NCBI RefSeq assembly: GCF_963921235.1
Contig: NC_086100.1
Span: 204,912,001 to 204,976,000 of the forward strand
Origin: Mobula hypostoma
Lineage: Eukaryota
Direction of reading: 5' to 3'
Length of the DNA: 64,000 bases
Shown: positions 39,811 to 50,759 of the stretch, piece by piece
Position numbering within the stretch: the stretch's first letter is position 1
Layout of the letters: the number at the start of each line of letters is the position of its first letter
Notes under the pieces: model-generated
Database searches by the model: none
Told to the model about the DNA's origin: nothing
What the model saw: only the letters and a program-made list of their open reading frames with translations
Made by a program: the position numbers and the translations under genes

Positions 39811-39954
39811 ACCTGTCGTAGCCATTAGCCAATGGCGGTTCGAGTCCCTCGTGTGTGGGCTGCCACAAGACAATGTTTAAGCCAAGCCCCTTCAGCATAC
39901 CCGGACTGTGTAGTCCTCTGCTTAGTTTCTGCCTGAACTGCAGAGTTCCTCCAG

Positions 39955-39959
<5 letters not shown>

Positions 39960-40007
<48 letters not shown>

Positions 40008-40022
40008 CGCGCATGCGCGCGT
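39960..40022. repeat. (TG)n-(CG)n alternating purine/pyrimidine tract
   Basis: ~20 TG units followed by CGCGCGCGCGCGCATGCGCGCG. Confidence 0.95.
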
Positions 40023-40207
40023 CTCTGTATTTCCTAAAAACTGCAGAATCTCTCGTGTTTTATATCTACATTTGTAAGAGGATCGTACTTTGGCATTAGA
40101 TACACGTTGATATTGAGTATATTGTTTTTGGGAGCTGCTTTCTGCATTAAAACAGCTACTGAACTTTCTATACACATAAATAAAAAACTGAGGTGTCGAC
40201 ATGGAAC

Positions 40208-42398
40208 ATAGAACATAGAATAGTACAGTACCATGCAGGCCCTTCGGCTCACAATGTTGTGCCGACCCTCAAACCCTGCCTCCCATATAACTTCCCACCT
40301 TAAATTCCTCCATGTACCTGTCTAGTAGTCTCTTAAACTTCACTAGTGTATCTGCCTCCACCACTGACTCAGGCAGTGCATTCCACGCACCAACCATTCT
40401 CTGAGTAAAAAACCTTCCTCTAATATCCCCCTTGAACTTCCCACCCCTTCCCTTAAAGCCATGTCCTCTGGTATTGAGCAGTGGTGCCCTGGGGAACAGG
40501 CGCTGGCTATCCACTCTATCTATTCCTCTTATTCTCTTGTACACCTCTATCATGTCTCCTCTCATCCTCCTTCTCTCAAAAGAGTAAAGCCCTAGCTCCC
40601 GTAATCTCTGATCATAATGTATACTCTCTAAACCAGGCAGCATCCTGGTAAATCTCCTCTGTACCCTTTCCAATGCTTCCACATCCTTCCTATAGTGAGG
40701 CGACCAGAACTGGACACAGTACTCCAAGTGTGGCCAAACCAGAGGTCTACAGAGCTGCAACATTACATCACGACTCTTAAACTCTGTCCCTCGACTTATG
40801 AATGCTAACACCCCATAAGCTTTCTTAACTACCCTATCCACCTGTGAGGCAACTTTCAGGGATCTGTGGACATGTACCCCCAGGTCCCTCTGCTCCTCCA
40901 CACTACCAAGTATCCTGCCATTTACTTTGTCGTCTGCCTTGGAGTTTGTCCTTCCAGAGTGTACCACTTCACACTTCTCCGGGTTGAACTCCATCTGCCG
41001 CTTCTCAGCCCACTTCTGCATCCTATCGATGTCTCTCTGCAATCTTCGACAATCCTCTACACTATCTACAACACCACCAACCTTTGTATCATATGCAAAC
41101 TTGCCAACCCACCCTTCTACCCCCACATCCAGGTCGTTAATAAAAATCACGAAAAGTAGAGGTCCCAGAACAGATCCTTGTGGGACACCACTAGTCACAA
41201 TCCTCCAATCTGAATGTACTCCCGCCACCACCACCCTCTGCCTTCTGCAGGCAAGCCAATTCTGAATCCACCTGGCCGAACTTTCCTGGATCCCATGCCT
41301 TCTAACTTTCTGAATAAGCCTACCATGTGGAACCTTGTCAAATGCCTTACTAAAATCCATACAGATCACATCCACTGCACTACCCTCATCTATATGCCTG
41401 GTCACCTCCTCAAAGAACTCTATCAGGCTTGTTAGACACGATCTGCCCTTCACAAAGCCATGCTGACTGTCCCTGATCAGACCATGATTCTCTAAATGCC
41501 CATAGATCCTATCTCTAAGAAACTTTTCCAACAGCTTTCCCACCACTGATGTAAGGCTCACTGGTCTCTCATTACCCAGACTATCCCTACTACCTTTTTT
41601 GAACAAGGGGACAACATTCGCCTCCCTCCAATCCTCTGGTACCATTCCCGTAGACAACAAGGACATAAAGATCCTAGCCAGAGGCTCAGCAATCTCTTTC
41701 CTCGCCTCGTGGAGCAGCCTGGAGAAAATTCTGTCAGGCCCCGGGGACTTATCCGTCCTAATGTATTCTAACAATTCCAACACCTCCTCTCCCTTAATAT
41801 CAACATGCTCCAGAGCATCAACCTCAATTATATTGTCCTCACCATCATCAAGTTCCCTCCCATTGGTGAATACCGAGGAGAAGTTGAGGACCCGCTCACT
41901 TCCACAGCCTCCAGTCACATCTTCCCACCTTTATCTCTAATCGGTCCTCCCTTCACTCCTGTCATTCTTTTTTTCTTCACATAATTGAAGAATGCCTTGG
42001 GATTTTCCTTTACCCTGCTTGCCAAGGCCTTCTCGTGCCCCCTTCTTGCTCTTCTCAGCCACTTCCTAAGCTCCTTTCTTGCTTCCCTATATTCCTCAAT
42101 AGACCCATCTGATCCTTGCTTCCTAAACCTGACTTGCTGCCTTCTTCCACCTGACTAGATTTTCCACCTCACTGGTCACCCATGGTTCCTTCACCCTACC
42201 ATTCTTTATCTTCCTCACGGTGACAAATTTATCCCTAACATCCTGCAAGAGATCTCTGTCTATAGTACATTTCCCTGCAAAAATATCATCCCAATTCACA
42301 CCCACAATTTCTAGCCTTATAGCCTCATAATTTTCCCTTCCCCAATTAAAAATTTTCCTGTCCTGTCCGATTCTATCCTTTTCCATGATAATGCTAAA
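40208..42398 (-). mobile_element. Young 5'-truncated CR1 inserted upstream of the ZNF unit 2 promoter
   Basis: 549-aa RT ORF 40269-41918; GGAAC at 40203-40207 and 42399-42403; empty site at ~25965 in unit 1. Confidence 0.93.
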
Positions 42399-42469
42399 GG
42401 AACTGATGCTTGCAGAACCATTTAATGGCACCGCGATTAGCCATAAATCCCTGCGTTGTTAATTTCGCC

Positions 42470-42890
42470 GTCGCCGAAGCACCGATCTAATGCGCAGGGG
42501 TCAGGGTTGTGACGTTGCCGAATATCACACATGCGCGCAGCACACAATAGGCCTCAGGACATTGGCTGCGGTAAGAGCGGTTCTCCGGGATAGGGGAGAA
42601 GGGGAGGGGGTTTGAACACCGACGTAGGGACACGGGACAATTGCTGTGAGCTCCGGACACCGTGACCCGCAATTCCGGGACAATCCTGTTCTCTTCCCTC
42701 TCTCTCAGCCCCGGGGAGCTTCCGGCTGATGAGGGAATGGGAACCGATGGATCTCTCAGACAGAGCTGAGCTCCAGCTGTCTAAATGCAAGGATTGGGAA
42801 CTCGGAGAAAGGGAACAAAACCTTTTACGTCAGCAGTTGAGAAAATCACCTTTGTTCTACCTCCAGTTACAATCAAGAGAAAATCTGTAG
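42470..42890 (+). promoter_or_regulatory. CpG-rich promoter / first-exon region of ZNF unit 2
   Basis: Paralogous to 26040-26460; NRF1 motif decayed (CACACATGCGCGC); CTTCCGG retained. Confidence 0.6.
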
Positions 42891-43064
42891 AGAGCGCACA
42901 GTTTTAAGGTGCTTGGAAGCAGGTACGAAGGAGAGGTCGGGGATGTTGTGTTCTTTATACGTGCCGTGGATTACTAATAACGAACCATATTCTGTCAGAA
43001 TTGAACTTTTATTTAACAGCAACAAAACCAAGTTTTACACTGCCATGCTTCTCGATCATTCTTC

Positions 43065-44076
43065 TGTCACGTACCCCGTGACGGGGATAAAGAAACCAGC
43101 AGAAATAGAAACCACTTTGGAGTCTGGTATTGCTATAATCTAATAATATTTATTAGTAACTACGCAATACAGTAATATCAAAGTACATAAATCACACAGG
43201 TTAGCAATGATTATATATAAAAGTAAGTGTGGACTATATATGTATGAAAAAAACAAGCTTCTTTAAATCTAGGGGTAAAAAGATACAGTCTTACGATGTC
43301 GAGTAAATTTCAGTTCAGTTCGTGGTATTGAGTTGAGTAGTGATGGAGAGAGAGAGAGAGAGTGTGTTGAGTCTTCAGGTGAGCTGATGCCGTCGATCTT
43401 CTCATTGTTCTCCAAAATCCTTTACAAGTCACCGAGTGTGACTTTAACCAGGAGGACCAGTCTTCCTTTGGTGGAGCTATCATCCCGGCAAGGGTGGACA
43501 CATAGACAACACCCCACCAGTCAACTCCTTCTTCACAGGTGGAATAGCAATTTGGATCGATCCGCCTAATGAAACCTCCAAAACCCACTTTCTCTGCGGG
43601 CACAACGATGCTCATTCAGTGTCCAGATCATGTGTCTGAGGTCTGTATCATCTGACCTCCCATTTATTTCACCAGGCTGAGCATCACCTGTCATTCAAAG
43701 AGCCCCTCCCTCCTTTGTCTGTAAAGAAATGCACAGGCAGGCAAGAAGTCCTTGAAGAAATATCAACAACCTGCTGAAAATTATAACATCGAGTGTCCAT
43801 GAAATAACACTGCCTTCGGTCACCATAGCAACTTACGAGCTGCTTGGTGCTGTCTCCAACTCCAAACTCAGTAAAAATCCAAAGTTACTTCCGATGCCTT
43901 AAAGTGACAGTCCAACTGTTAATCTTCGTCTCTGTCTCTTTCTCTCTTTTCAAAAGCAACACATTGGTGGTAAATAACTCTGTCTCTCTGTCCTTTCCAA
44001 ACAAACCATCAATGATGAATGTCTCTCTCTGTCTCTCTTCAAGCAGTTAATAGGGGCACTCCTGGATCCCCTCACA
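43065..44076 (-). mobile_element. Solo LTR (~1.0 kb)
   Basis: TGT...ACA termini flanked by a 4-bp TSD CTTC (43061-43064 and 44077-44080). AATAAA on - near 43150 suggests the orientation. Confidence 0.8.
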
Positions 44077-44119
44077 CTTCATTTCTGCGCATGCTGGGAA
44101 CTCTGTTCAGTCACATCCT

Positions 44120-44870
44120 GACACGTGATATCACCACAAGAGGTAAGTTTTTTACGCAGCGTGGTGAGTGCGTGGAATGGGCTGCCGGCGACTGTGATGA
44201 AGCCGGATACAATAGGGTTTTTTAAGAGGCTCCTGGACAGTTACATGGCGTGTAGTAAAACCGAGAGCTATGGGGAAATCCAGGTAATGTCTAAAGTCAG
44301 TAATGTTCGGCACAGCATTGTGGGCCGAAGGGCCTGTATTGTATTGTGTTGTATAAATGAGGAGTCACTTACCCATGACCTCTGGTTGTCATCCTACCCA
44401 ACATCAGTGGAAAAAACTGCTTGTATTTGCCCAATCTATACCCTCATACTTTTGTATACTTCCAACAAATCCTCAAGGCAATGTATATTTATGCTTAGAG
44501 CCTTTTTTAGGTGGATAAGATGATGAGGGGCATTGATCGTGTGGATAGCCAGAGGCTTTTCCCAGTGCTGAAATGGCTAACATGAGGGGCATAGTTTTAA
44601 GCTGCTTGGAAATAGGTACCGAGGGGATGTCAGGGGTAGGTTTTTTACGCAGAGCGGTGGGTGCGTGGAATGCACTGCCAGCAGCAGTGGTCGAGGCAGA
44701 TACAATAGGCTCTTTTAACAGCCTCTTGGATAGGTACTTGGAGCTGAGAAAAATAGAGGTCTATGCGCTATGGAATTTCTAGGCAGTTTCTGGAGTAAGT
44801 TACATGGTTGGCACAACATTGTGGGCTGAATGGCCTGGAATATGCTGTAGATATCTATGTTCTGTGTTGA
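44120..44870 (+). mobile_element. CR1 3' fragments
   Basis: Two copies of the FFTQR/VV.AWN.LP..VVEA 3' motif with 3' UTRs. Confidence 0.75.
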
Positions 44871-45214
44871 ACAGCGAAATAACTTTGGCTATCCTACAAT
44901 CCTCTGATAACTCCCCCGTCACTAAGGATGCTTTAATTATCTCTGCTAGGGTTCTGACAATATTTGCACTTGCCTCCCGTAGGGTCCGAGGGAGCACCTT
45001 GTCATGCCCTGGGATTTATCCACCCTAATCTGCCTCAGGAAGGCAAACATCTCCTCTTCTTTAATCTGTACAGGGTCCACGATTCTAATGCCGCTTTTCC
45101 ACACTCTCATTGATCCTGTGTCCATCTCCTGAGTAAATGAGATGAAAAAAATATTTACCATCTCCCCCATCTGCTTTGCTTCCACACATGGATTGCCATT
45201 CCAGTCTTCCAGAG

Positions 45215-46409
45215 CATAGGTCCGCAACCACCGGGCCGCAAAGCATGTGCTACCGGGTCGCGAGGAAACGATATGATTTAGTGATATGAAACAATATGAG
45301 TCAGCTGCACATTTCCTCATTCCCTGTCATGCCCACTGTTGAACTTTAATGCACGCAAGGTCATCAGTGACCCAAGACGTGCAGAGGAATGTGTCCGTGA
45401 CCCATTTGTGAATGTCCCCAGTGCATCTTCCATGTCAGCGCGGGAAAAAGATGAACTCCTCGACTTGCAAATGACGGTGGGCTGAAAAGTATGTTTGACA
45501 TAACATCTCTGCTGGCATTCTGGATCAAAGTCCAGGCTGAATATCCTGAGATAGCCACGAAAGCACTGAATACATTGCTTCCATTTCCAACAACATATTG
45601 CTGTGAAGCGGAGTTTTCTGCGATGAATGCAACGAAAACTAAATTGCGGAATAGACTGGACATAAGGAACCCCCTTCGAGTATCGCTGTCTCCCATCACT
45701 CCTCGATAGGACCGTGTTGTTGCAGGAAAACAAGCCCAGGGCTTCCACTGATTCAGCGATATTGGTGTGTTGCGATGATTTTATATGTTCCTACAGGGAA
45801 AATATGCACTGTGTGTTTAATATTCAAACATTACTTATAATGTTATGATGCTATTGACTTATAATTCAGTGGTCCCCAACCTCCAGGCTGCGAAGAATGC
45901 CGCGGTACAACGGTAGCTGGAACACACCCAGCACATCTTTAAGAAAAAAGCTGAAATAAACAAGCTAATTAATTAGGTGCCGCCTGGCACGTAAATGTCG
46001 GCCCAGATCAGAGGCCCAGATCCGGTTGCATCGCCTCTGATCTGGGCCGACATTTACGTGCCAGGCGGCACCTAATTAATTAGCTTCTTTATTTCGGGTT
46101 TTTTCTTAAAGATGTGCTGGGTGCGTTCCAGCTACCGCTGTACCGTGGCATTTTTCGTGGCAATGTATCAGTCTGTGGCCCGAAGGTTGGGAACCACTGT
46201 TATAATTGACATCACTACATTAATGCGAGGGAAAATGTGCACTGTGTGTTTAGTATTAATTCCGTTACATAAACCCCTTTAGAAACAAAATAGTGTGTAT
46301 TAGCCACTTATAAGTGACTTATCACCTATATTCCGGTCGTGATTAACACCCCCCCCCTACCCCAACCCGGTCGGCCGGTCCATAGTGCAAAAACGGTTGG
46401 GGAACCCTG
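45215..46409 (+). mobile_element. Non-autonomous hAT (Charlie-like) element
   Basis: TIRs CATAGGTCCGCAACC / GGTTGGGGAACCCTG; 8-bp TSD TTCCAGAG / TTCCAAAG; dimerisation domain FWIKVQAEYPEIATKAL..LLPFPTTYCCEAEFS. Confidence 0.88.
45867..46199. mobile_element. Palindromic hAT MITE nested in the Charlie-like element
   Basis: TIRs CAGTGGTCCCCAACCT / AGGTTGGGAACCACTG; perfect 8-bp TSD TTATAATT; long internal inverted repeat. Confidence 0.92.
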
Positions 46410-47120
46410 TTCCAAAGGACCAACTTTGTGCCTTGCAATCCTTTTGCTCTTAACCTAGCTCTAGAATCCCTTATGATTATCCTGCATCTTTTCTGCAAGG
46501 GAAATCTCATGCCTTCTTTTAGCCATCCTGATTTATTTCTTGTGTTCTCTTGCATTTCTTATACTCCATAAGAACCTACCTGCCTATCCCTGTTATGCAA
46601 CTCCATTTTGTGCTTCACCAGGGTCTCAATATCTCTTGAAAACCAAGGTTCACGACAGTTTCTATCTTTACCTTTTATTCTGACAGGCACATCCCCGCTT
46701 TGTACTTTCAAAATTTCGATTTGAAGGCCTCAATTTACCAAGCACACCTTTGACATAAAGAGCCTGTCCCGGTCCACAGTTGCCAGATCCTAGTGTCAGA
46801 ATTCCAGGTGTTGATCCATGCCCTGAACACATCCACCCTTCCTACTCTGCTCCTTGTATTGAAATATACAGGGCTCAGCATATTCACTGCACCATGCTCA
46901 ACTTTTTCATTCCTGACCTTGACTGAGGTCCGAACAACATCTGTCTCCACAACCCCTCCACTATCTGTTCTGTTATTCAGGCTCCCATTCCCCCTGCAAC
47001 TTTAGCTTAACCCTCCCCTACCCCCTCCTCCCACCATGCAGCTCTATCACCCCTTTGGCTTTCATCTCCCAGATCAATAAAAAGGAGGTGCGTACCAGGT
47101 ACAGGCAGATGGGAACAAAT

Positions 47121-50100
47121 CGTGTTGAGTGTTGCTTTGTCCCCACATCTGCAGATTATTTTGTGTTTTACGATTCACTACTTCGCTGCGAAGTCTCTTC
47201 GAGGTATGCCTACCCTGAAGAAGTTTAAATCTTATCTTTGACGGGAGTTCAGTGAGACCCTCTCTCACTGCTCCCCCTCTGCAAACTCCGCCTGTCTCCT
47301 ACTCTTCGACCAGATCCTCACCCAGACCCACTACCACAGCCACGTCTCCTTCCTGGGAACATGTCTCCGTCGCCATCTGTTACGGCAGGGATTCCAGCTC
47401 TGGTACCAAGCCTCCCAGTTCGGGCCCAGCGTGGATCCCAGGTACCTCTGTTTCATTGACGGCTGCTCCCGCCGGATTCTCTGCGCCACGCTCACTGCCA
47501 TGCGGAGATACCTACGGGCCCTGTACCTCTCTCTGCCACCACTCCGGGCCGCGCTGTCCACCGTCTGCCATGGACCTCTCCTACACATCATTCTCCGCTG
47601 GATTCACGCCTCCATCCGCCGTTTCTTCTCCTTTCTCGCGTCCAAGAAGGAAGACAAGCTCGCCCGCCTGGAGCCCACGACGACAACCGGCTCCAGCCCG
47701 GACCTCGACTTTTCAGGCCTTCGTCAGGCCGAAGACCCATCCGCCTCTAACTCTGACTGGAACTACCGCCTCCCAGACATGGGCACCAGCCCCCGGCGGG
47801 TCATGGACTCACTCGCCTCTGACTCGGACCTCAGTTCTGGGGCCCTGCAGGCTACAGGCTCCACCAGCCCCAGCTCCAGATCCATCTCGGACCATGATCC
47901 CGACCCTCTCCAGACCGGGACCCCTCTTACTGCTGCTGGGTCCTACCGCCCGACTTATTCTCTCACTACCCTCTTTCCTCCCCGCGACTCCCAACCTTCC
48001 CTCTACCCCTCATCACCCCTCCATTCTTCTGATCCCCCATCCTCCCCTAACCCTGCTGTTCCTGAACATCCCAACCCCCCTCTCCCTCCTGAGACCTCCC
48101 ACTCTTCACCCTCCTCCGACCCCAGCCCCAATACTTACCGTGTCTTCACCATCCCCTCTGACCTTCCCCTCTCTGAGGCAGAAAGTTCTGTTCTTAGGAA
48201 GGGCCTCACTTTTGTCCCCCTCCGTCCACACCTCAGTGAGTTCCATGCCCGCCATGACACTGAACTCTTCTTCCGTCGCCTACATCTCTGAGCCTACTGC
48301 TTTGGCAGAAATTCTCATCCCCCTACTGATGACACCTTCTCCTGTCTTCAACCCTCCTCCTCCTCCTGGACACCCCGCCCGGGCCTTCTACCTGCACTCG
48401 ATCTCTTCATCTCTAACTGTCGCCGAGACATCAACCGTATCAACTTCACCACTCCTCTCTCCTGTTGCATCCTCACTCCCTCTGAATGCACTGCCCTCCA
48501 CTCTCCGCGCACTAATCCCAACCTCACCATCAAACCTGCTGACAAAGGTGGTGCCGTGGTAGTCTGGCGGATGGACCTCTACCTCACTGAGGCCAAATGG
48601 CAGCTCTCTGACACCTCCTGTTACTTACCCCTGGAACAGGACCCCACCAAAAAACAATCAAACCATTGTCTCCCATACCATCACCGCTCTTATCAACTCC
48701 GGAGACCTTCCATCCTCAGCAGCTAAATTCATAATTCCCACACCCCGTACCGCTCGGTTTTACCTCCTCCCCAAGATCCACAAGCCTGACTGTCCCAGTA
48801 GACCCATAGTTTCTGCCTGCTCCTGTCCCACCGAACTTGTATCTGCCTACCTGGACTCCATTTTGCCACCCATAGTTCAGTCCCTCCCCACCTACATCTG
48901 GGATACATCCCATGCCCTCTACCTCTTCAATAACTTTCAGTTTCACGGTCCCAACCTCTTCATTTTCACTGTGGTTGTCCAATCCCTATACACCTCCATT
49001 CCCAATCAAGAAGGCCTCAAAGCCCTCCGCTACTTTCTGGATAATAGACCTCACCAGTTCCCCACCACCACTACCCTCTTCCGGTTGGCAGAACTGGTTC
49101 TCACATTTAATAACTTCTCTTTTGGCTCTTCCCACTTTCTTCAGACTAAGGGTGTAGCTATGGGAACTCACATGGTCCCCAGCTATACCTGCCTCTTTGT
49201 TGGTTATGTGGAACAATCTGTGCTCCAAACCTATTCTAGTACTGCTCCCCAACTTTTCCTTTGGTACATTGACGACTATATTGGTGCTGCTTCCTGCACC
49301 CATGCTGAGCTCATCAATTTCATCGACTTTACTTCTAACTACCACTCAGCCCTCAAATTCACTTGGTCTATCTCGGACACTTCTCTCCCCTTTCTCGATC
49401 TCTCGGTCTTCATCTCTGGAGACAGACGGTCCACTGACATCTCCTACAAGCCCACTGACTCTCATAACTACCTCGACTATACCTCTTCCCACCCCGCCAC
49501 ATGCAAAAATGCCATTCCCTATTCCCAGTTCCTCTGTCTCCGCCGCATCTGCTCCCAGGATGAGGCTTTCTGTTCCAGGACATCTCAAATGTCCTCTTTC
49601 TTTAAGGATCGTGGTTTCCCTTCTGCTGTCATCAATGATGCCCTCACCCGCATCTCCTCCATTTCCTGCACTTCAGTCCTCACCCCATCCTCCCACCACC
49701 ACAACAGGGACAGAGTTCCCCTTGTCCTCACCTACCAGCCCAGCACCCTCCGGGTCCAGCACATTATCCTCTGCAACTTCCGCCACCTTCAACAGGACCC
49801 CACCACTAAGTGCATCTTTCCCTCCCATCCCCTCTCGCTTTCAGCAGAGATCGGTCCCTCCACGACTCCCTGGTCCACACGTCCCTCCCCACAGATCTCC
49901 CACCCGGCACTTATCCCTGTAAGCATAAGTGCTACACCTGTCCCTACACCTCCTCTCCTGCCACCATTCAGGGCCCCAAACAGTTCTTCCAAGTGAGGCA
50001 ACACTTCACTTCTGAGTCTGTTGGGGTCATCTATTGCATTCGGTGCTCCCGGTGCGGCCTCCTCCACATCGGTGAAACCCGACGCAGATTGGGGGACCGC

Positions 50101-50713
50101 TTCGTCGAGCACCTCTGCTCCATCTGCCACAACAGACAGGAACTCCCAGTAGCCACCCACTTCAACTCTGCTTCCCACTCCCATTCAGATATGTCCATAC
50201 ATGACCTCCTCTACTGTCCTGATGAGGCTAAGCTCAGGTTGGAGGAGCAACACCTCATTCACCGTCTAGGTAGTCTCCAGCCCCTTGGTATGAACATAGA
50301 ATTCTCCAACTTCCGGTAAATTTCCTCCCCCTCCCTTCCTCTATCCCTATGTCACTCAGCCCCCTCCCCCAGTTGCCTATCACCTCCCTGCTTCTGCCTC
50401 CTTCTACTACCCATTGTGTTTTCCCGTATTCCTTCTTCACCTTTCCTGCCTATCCCCTCCCTGCTTCCCCTCCCCCACCCCCACCCCTTTCCCCTTACTG
50501 GTTTTTCACCTAGAACCTACCAGCCTTCTCCTTCCCACCCTCCCCCGACCTTCTTTATAGGGCTTCTGCCCCTTCCCTCTTCAGTCCTGATGAAGGGTTC
50601 CGGCCCGAAACGTCGACTCATTGTTTCCACGGATGCTGCCTGACCTGCTGAGTTCCTCCAGTGTGTTGTGAGTGTTACTTTGACCCCAGCATCTGCAGAT
50701 TATTTTGTGTTTG
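47121..50713 (+). mobile_element. Near full-length Penelope-like element with terminal direct repeat
   Basis: N-terminal domain, KPADKGGAVVV, RT (YIDD) and GIY-YIG (49810-50319), with frameshifts/stops. ~50 nt of the 3' end (GTGTT...CATCTGCAGATTATTTTGTGTTT) is repeated at 47122-47169. Confidence 0.93.
50583..50618 (+). ncRNA. Minimal type I hammerhead ribozyme motif (best-preserved copy)
   Basis: AGTC-CTGATGA-AGGGTTCCGGCCC-GAAA-CGTC-GACT. Confidence 0.75.
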
Positions 50714-50759
50714 TGGAGTAAATGGGGTACTTCTGAAGTACAGGAAATTCAAGTGAACA

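Larger units (their letters stand above)
44870..47010 (-). mobile_element. Decayed CR1 fragment interrupted by a hAT element
   Basis: RQIRVDKSQG, WLKEGMRFPLQK..IIRD, VDVFRAWINTWNSD: endonuclease/RT-linker motifs. Confidence 0.7.

Noticed and set aside
47252..48562. 436-aa Pro/Ser/Thr-rich ORF
   Set aside because: Alternative frame of the C-rich PLE N-terminal region; the PLE frame is 47431-48291.
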